A stretch of DNA of 64,000 nucleotides from positions 89,838,001-89,902,000 of the forward strand of contig CM126212.1 in the NCBI GenBank assembly GCA_052327205.1, read 5' to 3'. Both the position numbers and the translations under genes were made by a program. Positions 11,603 through 22,276 of this stretch are shown in pieces. Position 1 is the stretch's first letter. Each line of letters starts with the position of its first letter. Source of the DNA: Somniosus microcephalus. Taxonomy: Eukaryota. The notes beneath the pieces were generated by a model. It ran no database searches, was not told the origin of the DNA, and saw only the letters and a program-made list of their open reading frames with translations.

Positions 11603-12766
11603 CTGCAATTAGACAATGTGTTCAGTATTGAGAGACAAAGCCCGTTTCCACAGCTGACCGCACAGTGCAAGCCCTCTGTGTCGGAGACGCTCAGAGTGAC
11701 TGCTCGGACAAGCAGTGCCAGGCGCTTCACAGCAAAGCAGCTCAAAGTCTGATTCACCATCGACTCAAATACAACTTTCATAGTTTGATACAGCGAGTCA
11801 CACATTTCAGCATATCCTGCAAGAGTCCAGCTCCCACTGCACTGGCACTTTAAAGAAACAAGCTTGTGTATTAATCAACATTCTGAAGGAATGGATTCCT
11901 GCCCAGCAGTTGGTTTCCAGCCTCCTGCTCCAATCTCAGAGCATCAAACTGTCCACTACGACACTGTACACATCTGAACACAACAAAAGATTCCTCGCAC
12001 ATTAGAATTGTTACATCACATCAGGGAGTCACACAATCACCATTTACATCTAGAGTCCATCCATACACCTTAAACTACATCCCCCCCACCCCATCAGGGC
12101 AGCCAGATAACACCCCTTCCTCTCCTGTGCAGCTAACTTTCCCCCCCTCCTCCCCGTCAGCCCCAACTCATCTGTGTACCCGGACTGGTTGATAAGAGAC
12201 CCCAGTGCCTTAAAAACCCACAGGAAAAAAAAACCCTTACAATCCAGCTGCTGTTCAACATTTCTGTGCAACAGAGAAACATCTGTATTTGCAAAGACAG
12301 AAAATGCTACAAACCAGATTGCGCAGCAACAGAAAAACAGCGTGAGACTTGAGACAGAACCATTACTTTTATTAAAGCAGTTACATCCGAAACACCAATC
12401 GGTTGGTCTCTTTCAGATGCTGATTGACCTGTAATTTTCTTATTAAATGCCAGCTAAAGTTTACTGGATGTGCGAAGCTAGCAAAAATGCTTCCATACTC
12501 GCCCAGAAGCTACAGCACATTCTGAGCAGTCCCAGAAGATAGAAGCCGCGCTATTCCTCTTTACAACTCCTTCCCAACATACTCATTAGGCACAATGACA
12601 GCAAGAAACGAGCATGTGCCGGGGAGGCTGCGGTGTTTACTGGGGTCACCTTTCTCCATCGCACTCTTCTCCCCTTCAGCCCACAGTCACATCTCTCCTG
12701 CTGAAAACAGAAACTTTCACTCACAACTTCATAAGTTTACAGACACGAGCTGCAGTCTCCACTTAC

Positions 12767-12802
12767 CAAGCTACCTTCTTACTGCTGAGTCTCATGATGG
12801 AG
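12767..12802 (-). CDS. RAB11FIP3: RAB11FIP3 36-nt exon
   Basis: tttttctgcttttag|CTCCATCATGAGACTCAGCAGTAAGAAGGTAGCTTG|gtaagt encodes SIMRLSSKKVA; the human sequence as recalled is PTKRLSSKKVA. Confidence 0.92.
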
Positions 12803-13232
12803 CTAAAAGCAGAAAAACAGGATGCAGAGTCAGGAAAATGAGACTGAAGCATAGGAAGCAGGAAATGGAGATTCGGAAATTCAGACAGTCCCACTCCCCT
12901 GCAGCACACCTAATCAACCACTTCATATGGAAACGCCACTTCGCTTCGGGCCACCAATTAAGGAATTCATTCTTCCTCCATGTGCCCATTATTTAAAGAA
13001 GTACTTTTACCTTCCATGGAGTGCAAATATTGAGAGGTCATAACCTCAGCACGGCCCACCCTCGGAGGTCCTAACTTAGTGGGGTGGGGGGTCCTGATTC
13101 AGTATAGCAGACGACTTAAATGTTAGTCAATATTTGAGGACCTTCCTTTCCTGCAGGTGGGGAGAGGAGAGCGAGAAGGGTGATTATACTTCGACTGTTG
13201 CCCCAACTGACCTCCACTAACTCAAACCCATG

Positions 13233-13604
13233 ACCTTCCTCACCCTGTGGGGCTCAGTTACCCCCAACCTTCCTCACCCTGTGGGGCTCAGTTACCCCCA
13301 ACCTTCCTCACCCTGTGGGGCTCAGTTACCCACAACCTTCCTCACCCTGTGGGGCTCAGTTACCCACAACCTTCCTCACCCTGTGGGGCTCAGTTACCCA
13401 CAACCTTCCTCACCCTGTGGGGCTCAGTTACCCACAACCTTCCTCACCCTGTGGGGCTCAGTTACCCACAACCTTCCTCACCCTGTGGGGCTCAGTTACC
13501 CACAACCTTCCTCACCCTGTGGGGCTCAGTTACCCACAACCTTCCTCACCCTGTGGGGCTCAGTTACCCACAACCTTCCTCACCCTGTGGGGCTCAGTTA
13601 CCCA
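13233..13604. repeat. 34-bp minisatellite, about 11 near-perfect copies
   Basis: Unit ACCTTCCTCACCCTGTGGGGCTCAGTTACCCACA; the first two copies carry CCCCC instead of CCCAC. Confidence 0.97.
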
Positions 13605-13921
13605 ATGAGCCACAGCTGGTTGAAATTAGTTAACAGTAAACTTATACACACAGGCCATCAACATGCACCAAACTCACCTGGAAATGCTTAAACTCACACC
13701 GCAAAAAACAAGCACACAAATTGCAGTCACTCCTCACTTGCTGGGATCCATGGTACAGCGGGATTAGGACAGGGTGGAGACAATAAATTGGATTTCTATA
13801 CATGGACCATGAACCTGCTCTCCCCACGCCAGTGCAAAATCATGTCAAATGGGTGCTGCCCTGGAAGTGCCACAGTTTAACTCACTTTCCTCTCTGGCAA
13901 TTGATTTACTTTGCCCCAGGA

Positions 13922-14835
13922 AATTTTTTTTTTTTTTTTTCCCCATTCACAGGATGGCTGGCAAGGCCAGTGTTTATTGCCCATCCCCAATTGCCCTTGA
14001 GAAGGCGGTGGTGAGCCATCTTCCTGAACCGCTGCATTCCATGAGGTGAAGGTACTCCCACAGTGCTGTTAGGGAGGGAGTTCCAGGATTTTGACCCAGT
14101 GACGAAGAAATGGCAATATATTTCCAAGTCAGAATGGTGTGTGACTTGGAGGTGATGGTGTTCCCATGCACTGCTGCCCTTGTCCTTCTGGGTGAGAGGT
14201 CATGGGTTTGGGAGGTGCTGGCAAAAAAAGCCTTGGCAAAGTGGTGCAGTGCATCTTGTAGATGGTATACACGGCACGCCGGTGGTGAAGGGAGTGAGTG
14301 CTTAAGTGTTGTTGGAGCTGCACTCATCCAGGCAAGTGGAGAGTAATTCCATCACACTCCCAACTTGTGCCTTGTTGATGGTGGAAAGTCTTTGGGGAGT
14401 CAGGAGGCGAGTCACTTGCCGCAGAATAGCCAGCCTCTGACCAGCTCTTGTAGCCACAGTATGTGTGTGGCTGGTCCAGTTAAGTTCCTGGTCAATGGTG
14501 ATCCCCAGGATGATGGTGGGTGATTAGATGATGGCAATGCATTGAATGTCAAGGGGAGGTGGCTAGACTCTCTTGTTGGAGATGGTCATTGCCTGGTGAA
14601 TATTACTTGCCACTTATCAGCCCAAGCCTGAATGTTGTCCAGGTCTTGCTGCATGCGGGCATAGACTGCTTCATCATCTGAGGAGTTGCAAATGGCACTG
14701 AACACTGTGCAGTCATCAGCGAACATCCCCACTTCCCTCCATCATAAGGTCAGAAGGTCATTGATGAAGCAGCTGAAGATGGTTGGGCCAAGGACGCTGT
14801 CCTGAGGAACTCCTGCAGCGATGTCCTGGGGCGGA
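13922..14835 (-). mobile_element. 5'-truncated copy of the tRNA-headed LINE family with poly(A) tail
   Basis: T-run at about 13924-13940, 3' motif GGGATGGGCAATAAA...GGCCTTGCCAGC, GSKSWNSLPNSTVGVP, and RT motifs PQDSVLGP and MFADDC. Confidence 0.85.
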
Positions 14836-16972
14836 GGTGCTACCTTGATCAAAAGGGAGGTGGGTATTTAACCACCTTCACTGCAGTCAGGCAAGAGCCC
14901 AGCTGGTGAAGTCAGCATTTCCAGCGGAGCAGCCCTGCAGAGCAGTGATTCCAAAGACCCTCCCCCATCAGCAGCTGGCAAGCTTGAGCTCAGGAACCCC
15001 CCCAATAGATATGTGAGCATCAACCCTCAGTGATTACCAGTGGCGTAAGAAGCTTGTATCCACTTCCTGTTTATCCCACTGCTCAATTCCTTCTGAATGC
15101 AACACAACAATTGCACCAAAATCCACTTTGGAACCGCACCACACGCCGGTTGAATCCGGTCCAGTTTAAGTCTGTTTTGTTCACCGATTGCTATGCTGGC
15201 GAACATGAAGGCAACAACCTCATAAGCAAACATGGCCCCCAGGGCAGCAGAGACCATGACCTGGGATTCCAGGGGTGCCCGTTCTGGTTTACTCTACTTA
15301 TTGGTTACATATCAGGAACCTCGACCTAGCCTGCTCCGCGCTTGGAGATAAAACATTTACAGCTTCAGTGATAGCTCCTGGAGTCGATGACAGCATCAAA
15401 TACCTCCGCACTCTTATAAGGTAGTCCCACGATCCAGCTGAAATGGCTGTGTGTGGGTGTTTTATTTTCTTAAATTCCCATTCAGACTGTAAAAGGGGGA
15501 GGGGAGGAGGGCAGCAAAATATCAGGACTTTAATGTGCACTTTGAGTGAGAAAATTGAGTGTTCATCTCCAACTGCACTGCTCACAGACTAGCACTGACT
15601 GTATGGAATAGCTCACTCAACAGTTCATCAAATGGTCCTGTGTCAGCACTTCACAATCATTCCCACTAGGGGGCGAGTTTGCTCAGAGACTTTACAATAC
15701 AAAGCATCTTTAAGTGTGGGTATTTTAGTTGAAAAATGTATTAAAAATCAAGTTAGCCAGATTCGTTCCCAATATGAACATGCCCACCGACAGGCCAGAC
15801 TCATCTGTAATGTGCCCATTCAGCCCTGCCAAACGCCTCCCCCCCCCCCCCCCTGCACCCAGTGACCCAGATTGACCAGTCTTCAGTCACAAAAACACAC
15901 ATACAATTGGCTTCACTGGCAACTGCTTGAATGCCCTTCCTACACCACCGAAACCCTCCTCCCTTCACACTGCCATCAGTGCTGTGCACACATGTACGAG
16001 TCCAAATAAAACACTGAGGAGTGTGTGAGAAACACCACACCTGTATGGCCAAGGGGACAGTGGGTCTGATTATCAGCATCAGCAGAGCCAGCTTGTACAA
16101 GAGCGCTGCATTAGAGTCAGATCGAGAAGTAGTGAGGCAATATATTTTACACAAAAGAATCACTTATATTTGCTTCCATTTTATATTTGTTCCGTAGCCT
16201 ACATACAGTACAAGGCATGTGTGTACAGAGGTCATAAGTTGTGCGCTTTCTGGGTTAGGTCACAGATTGTTCACAGTTGGGTCTTATTTTATCTGTAACT
16301 AACCACAAGAATACATTCTATGCCTTGCTAACCCTCAACACCAGTCCGTTAGTCTTGGGACCACAGACGTCAGATAGAGATAAATGTTTGGAACAACAGG
16401 AATTTCTTGAACTTTGCACCAGTTTTCACCACACATCAAGATCACGTGAAATAATGTAGTTATAGAAAGATATTAAAGTGGCAAAATTGTAACATGAGGT
16501 TGGGGATGAAGGGAGACAGAGGGAGAGGGAGAGCACAAACTACTGATGTGTGTATCTTCTGTGGCAAACGTCCTTTGTAATCTGCGTGTTGGCCCAGAGT
16601 ATGTAACTCAGTTTTTAAATAAACTGCATGTGTTTGACTGTCAAAGAACTCATTGTAATACTTTATTGTCTATATGCCAGCAAAGAAACAGTTCCAACAG
16701 CTGTATAGCTCCAACACTAATGTGCTGGTACAGCACAGACCCAGAGCAGAGACTTTGGGAACTGGAATGGGAAAATACACAAAGTAGCATGCAAGCGATT
16801 ACTAAGTTCTTAGAAAGTGTAACTACTGGAGCCGACATGCTGCTTCTATAGTTTCCATTTCAAGCTCAAGCCTGTACAGAGTGAAACTTTGCCTAAGCAA
16901 CAACAGAAAAGGGATACACACAAATCACAAGGAAAAAGCCCAATCATAAGCGAGGCAGAATCATGCAGTTAC

Positions 16973-17104
16973 CTATTCATTTCAAGACTGTTGATGCGGG
17001 CGGATAAATCTTCCAGGCGATTGATTTGCTTATGACATTGGGTGCAGTAAAACTCCAGCATCTCTTCCCCAATGACACTTTGCAAAGTTGAAGTGAAATG
17101 ATCA
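16973..17104 (-). CDS. RAB11FIP3: RAB11FIP3 symmetric (probably alternative) exon with CxxCH
   Basis: DHFTSTLQSVIGEEMLEFYCTQCHKQINRLEDLSARINSLEMN; 132 nt; phase 2-2. It resembles the EFYCSQCHKQINRLEDLSAR insert of long mammalian isoforms. Confidence 0.9.
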
Positions 17105-17598
17105 CTGGAAAATCAGAAGTGTCAATTGGGAGATTAGAGAAATTATTGATCATAAGGACGCATAATTCAGAAAGTGATTGGATTGCAGGTTTTACACCGT
17201 AAAAGGTTTTCAGAAGAAACGTGCAATTCGTTGCGGTTACAAGATACGGACGCACATTTTTTCCCCCCCCTACTTTCTGGCCCCAGCAAAAGAACTTTGC
17301 AACATTTTCCTTTTTAGAAACACATCCAATTCTGCACCAGGAAGACAATTTCAAGAAAGCAAGCCATCTCTCTATGGCTGACAGCTATCAGAGACCAGAC
17401 TCTCTCTCACACACCACATTCTCCTGAAATTGACCTCCAGCATCAGGAACAATAAAGGTTTTCACAGGTCAGTGTTGAGCTAACCGGACGGTGGGGATGA
17501 GGTGACTGCAAGGAGCCGACACTAAGTTCAGGTTTCTCGATGATCGGGTCCTTTCCCCAGCATTGACACCTGGCAATATTCACCAGTGATGACCTTAC

Positions 17599-17772
17599 CT
17601 GGGAGAGAGCAGCGACGAGCGACTGAAGTGACCATTGATACTTGTGCCTCCGTCCTGACAGAGACTGCTGGATGCAAAGTCAATCTCATTATTCTCTCCG
17701 TAATCTTCAAAGTGCTCCTCGGTGCTAAGGACAGACATGTTGGAGCTCATCGAGAAGCTATGCTGATGGGTC
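17599..17772 (-). CDS. RAB11FIP3: RAB11FIP3 exon
   Basis: THQHSFSMSSNMSVLSTEEHFEDYGENNEIDFASSSLCQDGGTSINGHFSRSSLLSP; 174 nt; phase 2-2; carries the EEHFEDYGE family motif. Confidence 0.93.
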
Positions 17773-18226
17773 CTAGCAACAGGAAATACACCAGAGAGAG
17801 AGAGAGGAGAGAGAGATTAAGTAGCAAGAAAATTAAAAACTTTTTACACCCTTTTTAGAAAGTCATGTTACCTATCCACTTGAGGTGGTTCCTGCACGAT
17901 GCTGTCACACTCACATTCACGATCGCTTTCTGGGCACTGCGCCAGAGAAAATTGAACCCAAGGACACATGATCTTCACTGGCTCACATATAAAAAAGTTA
18001 TTTCATTTGGACTAACAGTAAAAAGGTCTCAGAACCGCAGCAATGAATCAGCATCACCCAGCGGAGCCATGCCAGGCTGGCTGGCTGTCAGCTCGTTCAG
18101 TACATGAAGGCTGAATTTCACAAGACGAGGAATATTGGAGATATTCATTTGGTCAACTCCCCCCCCCCCCAAACTGGCAGACCAACATCTTCAGACCAGC
18201 TTCAAGCACCTCATCATGAAGCATCT

Positions 18227-18518
18227 GGGGTATGGTAGTGCTTAGGTTACTGGACTAATTCAAATTCCACCAGGACAGTTCACGAATTTGAATTCAGTTT
18301 TTTTTTTAAAAATTGGAAATTAAAAAATTAAAAACTGGCATCAGTAAGAGCGACCAAGAAGCTGTCAGATTGTGGTTAAAAAAACAACTGGTTCATGAGT
18401 GTCCTTTAGGGAAGGAAACCTGCCGTCCTTACCCGGTCTGGCCTACATGCGATTGCAGACCCACATCAACATGATTGACTCTTAACTGTCTTCTGCACTG
18501 ACATAACAAGCCTCTGTT
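18227..18518 (+). mobile_element. tRNA-headed SINE or LINE 5' end, truncated by the adjacent CR1
   Basis: GGTATGGTAGTG...TTCAAATTCC head and GGGAAGGAAACCTGCCGTCCTTACCCGGTCTGGCCTAC body. Confidence 0.8.
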
Positions 18519-19280
18519 ACATAGAATTACTTAGAACATACAGCACAGAAACAAGCCATTCAGCCCAACCAGTCTGTGCTGGTGTTTATACTCCACGAGT
18601 CTCCTCCCATTTCATTGACCTCATCGCAGCCTTTCAGCACATCTTTCTATTCCCTTTTCTCTCATGTACTCATCTAATTTCCTTTTGAAAGCATCTAAGC
18701 TATTTGCCTCAACCACTTCCTGTGGTAGCGAGTTCTAGATTCCACACTCCGAGTAAAGAAATTTCTCCTTATTTCCCCATTGGATATATTAATTATCTTG
18801 TATTTATGGCCGCTGGTTTTGGATTCTCCCACAAGTGGAAACATGCTCTCCACATCCACCCTGTTCAACCCATTCATAATTTTAAAGATCTCTATCAGGT
18901 CTCCTCCAAGTCTTCTCTTTTGTAAAGAAAAAAGCCTCAATTTGTTCAATCTTTCCCCAGTAGCAGTAATTTCTCAGTTCTCGTACCATACTTGTAAATC
19001 ATTTTTGCACTGTCTCCAGTGCTTCTGTCTTTTTTATAGTAGTTTAAGATAACTTCACTACTTTTGAATTCTATATCCCTAGAAATAAATCCCAGTGCTT
19101 TGTTACCATTTTAATTGCTGACCTGCGATGCTGCTTTTAATGATTTGTTCACCTGTATCCCTAAATCCCTTCCTACCCCATTCAGTTTCTTATTTGCTAA
19201 GGTGGTGATGTTTCTGTTTTTTCTAACAAAGTGCATCACCTCACATGTATCTATGTTAAAGTCCATATGCCACTTAACTA
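18519..19280 (-). mobile_element. CR1 LINE 3' fragment
   Basis: Peptides LFSLQKRRLGGDLIEIFKIMNG and WHMDFNIDTCEVMHF; TTCTA-like tail. Confidence 0.9.
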
Positions 19281-19489
19281 CCCAGTCTGCAAGTTGAACC
19301 AAACTACAGTCAAAGGTGGAGAGGTTCAGGGATTCTTCACAGCAGTAAACAGCTCTCAGGTAGACAGCCAAAAACTCCAGTGTTGGAGAATGGATAATGC
19401 AGAGATGGGAAGGAGAGGCCTGACTATATTGAAATCAAACTATCAGAGGAAGGTACCCAGGTACTAAATGCATCTACTGATTGTATAAT

Positions 19490-20860
19490 GCAAGGAGGCT
19501 TCAGGAGGATGCAAGGAGGCTTCAAGGGGATCTAGACAGGCTAAAATGAGTGGGCAAGAACCTGTCAAATGGAATATAATGTGGAGAAATGTGAAGTTAT
19601 CCACTTTAAAAAAAAACTCCTGCTTTTCAATTTTTTCTAATGGAGCGAGATTGGGAAATGTTGGTGTTCAGAGGGACCTGGGTGTCCTTGTACATGAATC
19701 ACTGAAAGTTAACATGCAGGTACAGCAAGCAATTAGGAAAGCAAATGGTATGTTGGCCTTTATTACAAGAGGATTTGAGTAGAAGAGTAAAGACTTCTTT
19801 GGTCTCCTTACCTAAGGAAGGATATTGTTCTGGACTTATGGACTTTTTACATGCAGATAGCACCCTCTGGTGGTGGTTATTGTGTTAGCAGTGTTTGTAT
19901 ACAGCAGGGGTCAGTTGACCTTTCTTCCTGTTTGACCCCAGAAGCAGTTTTCCCAGAAAGAACCTGGCAGTAATGGAGGATCTTCCATGAAGGATTCCAT
20001 TCTCAATCCAATTGCATCTTATCTCATATGTTAGGCCAGACGCAATATCTGTGAGTATCTTTGTTTGTTAACATGATAGCAACTTTGTCAGTGTAGTATT
20101 TTGACAATACTTTGTTTATAAAAGGTTAATATTTGGTAGTTACAGAAGTTAGTCCAAATGTTAGTTAGTTATACAATTAGTCTATTCTACAGTTGTAAAG
20201 ATGTTTATATCTTATGTAATATCTAATGTATAGTACTCAGTTTTATGTACAAAACATACTTTGTCTTTGTTTACTTGAACAAATTTGTGAAACTGTAAAG
20301 CTTCAAAACAGCAAACGGCTTCACGAGGATTTGAATAAGTGTTTAACTTGCTGGATAACTAGATAGGAGCACGTCTAGCGAGGCCAGTACAGATATATTT
20401 GCCATAGAGGGAGTGCAACGAAGGTTCACCAGACTGGTTCCTGGGATGGGGGATTGGCCAATGAGGACAGATTGAGTAGACTTGGCCTATGTTCTCTAGA
20501 GTTTAGAAGAATGAGGGGTGATCTCATTGAAACAATCAAAATTCTTAGTGCTTGACAGGGTAGATGCAGGGAGGATGTTTCCCCAGGCTAGGGAGTCTAG
20601 AACCAGGGGTCACAGTCTCAGAAGGGGTCAGCCATTTAAGACTGAGAGGAGGAGAAATTTCTTCACTCCGAGGGTGGTGAATGTTTGGAATTCTCTACCC
20701 CAGAGGGCTGTGGAGGCTCAGTCATTGAGTATATTCAACACAGAGATTGATAAATTTTTGAATATTAAGGGGATCAAGGGATATGAGGATAGTGCAGGAA
20801 AGTGGAGATGAGGATGATGATCAGCCATGATCTTACTTCATGCTCCTATTTATGTTCTCT
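19490..20860 (+). mobile_element. CR1 LINE 3' fragment interrupted by a solo LTR
   Basis: VQRDLGVLVHESLKVNMQVQQAIRKANGMLAFI ... RNFFTPRVVNVWNSLPQRAVEA; the CR1 sequence resumes in register after 20391. Confidence 0.92.
19826..20391. mobile_element. Solo LTR (566 bp) with 5-bp TSD GATAT
   Basis: Ends TGTTCTGG...CCAGTACA (TG...CA, 7/8 inverted match). GATAT flanks it at 19821-19825 and 20392-20396, inside the CR1. Confidence 0.88.
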
Positions 20861-22064
20861 ATACAAACCAGTGGTTTACCTCTATCGAAGGAAACACATT
20901 ACCAGCTCTGGGAGTTAGTTATTAGTTTTGGTTACAGGATGTTCTGGTTATTTATAGCCTGTGCTTTGTACAATGTGTGCTAGCAGACAAAGCGACTTTT
21001 CACATTATTACTTCTTGTTAAACCTCATAGCAAGGAGAACCATGCGACAAACTAGGTTTGATAAAACAGTTAAGCTTCGCTGTTGGCAGTAAGGCAAGCG
21101 CCTCCCCACCCCTAATAAACAGGGGCATACATGACCAATCCTTTACAGGCACACTGGTCCCTTTGCTTTAGTTGCTACACTGCTTCAGGCCTCCAGCAGC
21201 TGCTGGTGAGCATGGCCATTCTGGGACAGATTTTAGCCTGATCTTTCCTGAAAACCCATTGGAATATTCGACAGTGAAACTCATGTACACAGGACACACT
21301 GTGGCACTGTATGCCACTGCTAAAGGCTTTATTCACTTTAAATCACCTTTTGGTGACTGAACAGCCATCCCCTCCTGCCCTATCAGACAGGGGTCCCTCC
21401 TCACTCAGCCAGTTGCAGCACAGCGGACAGCAGATCCCACCCTACTGCATGGAGAGTTTATTTGCCCAATTCCACTCAAACTGAATGCTTTTAGAAAGAT
21501 TCTATTCATCGTTTCTGAATCACCCGTAAATCTGCTGGCTGTATTGAAGCAAGAGTGGGATTAAACCAATCTTTATTTTGGGTGGAATGTTCAAAAGATA
21601 AGTGGGTGCTCGGCACCACCCAATTAGGCAGCCTGTGCTGACAATATTTATTTTGACCCTGCCAAAAAAAAGTTGAATTTGCTGAGTTACTGGTGCACTG
21701 CATCCAACATGGCATTCAGTTCAGTATCAGTTTTAAATCAACACACCCTTCGACAGGTCTAGACATGGAGGGAGAGTGTATGAAGTGGCACAGACAGACA
21801 CAGATCATGGGCAATGTGGTGTTCATTCATACCCACAGAACAGATTGCAGATTTCACCAAACCTGTACTGTTTCTGTAACCAGTAGCGAGAGGACTTCCA
21901 TCCCTTTAGTCTGGGTTATAATCAGAACATTAGGTGCCAGAGACAAGGTATATTATGGTGTTAATCGAGCACAACAGCCAGTTGGTGCTGTCCAACAGAA
22001 GCAGAGAGGACCCTCTGTTAAAGTTGAGAGGACAGGCCCCAAGTTATCCAACAACAGAACTTAC

Positions 22065-22276
22065 TTAATTTCCCCATTAAACAGGACACTATTTTCTGGT
22101 TCTTCAAGTGTATCTGTGAACTCAGAGTTCAGCGTGGCATCAATAGCGCCGTCAGTCTCCAACTCATCCGGTGTTCCATGGTGAACCAGTGTGCCCGTGT
22201 CCTCATCTGTGAATGTCTCGCACTCACTGTAGGTGCTCTCAGAGCCCATGTAAGCACTGTCCGTCACCTCGTTAGT
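22065..22276 (-). CDS. RAB11FIP3: RAB11FIP3 exon
   Basis: TNEVTDSAYMGSESTYSECETFTDEDTGTLVH...NSVLFNGEI; 212 nt; phase 0-2. This motif distinguishes FIP3 from FIP4. Confidence 0.97.

Noticed and set aside
13230-13691. Repetitive ORFs and a CRISPR-like appearance
   Set aside because: These are head-to-tail 34-bp repeats with no unique spacers and no cas genes, in a vertebrate intron.
15298-15585. Minus-strand ORF with an acceptor-like tract at about 15487
   Set aside because: In the required phase it stops after seven codons, and it has no FIP3 similarity.
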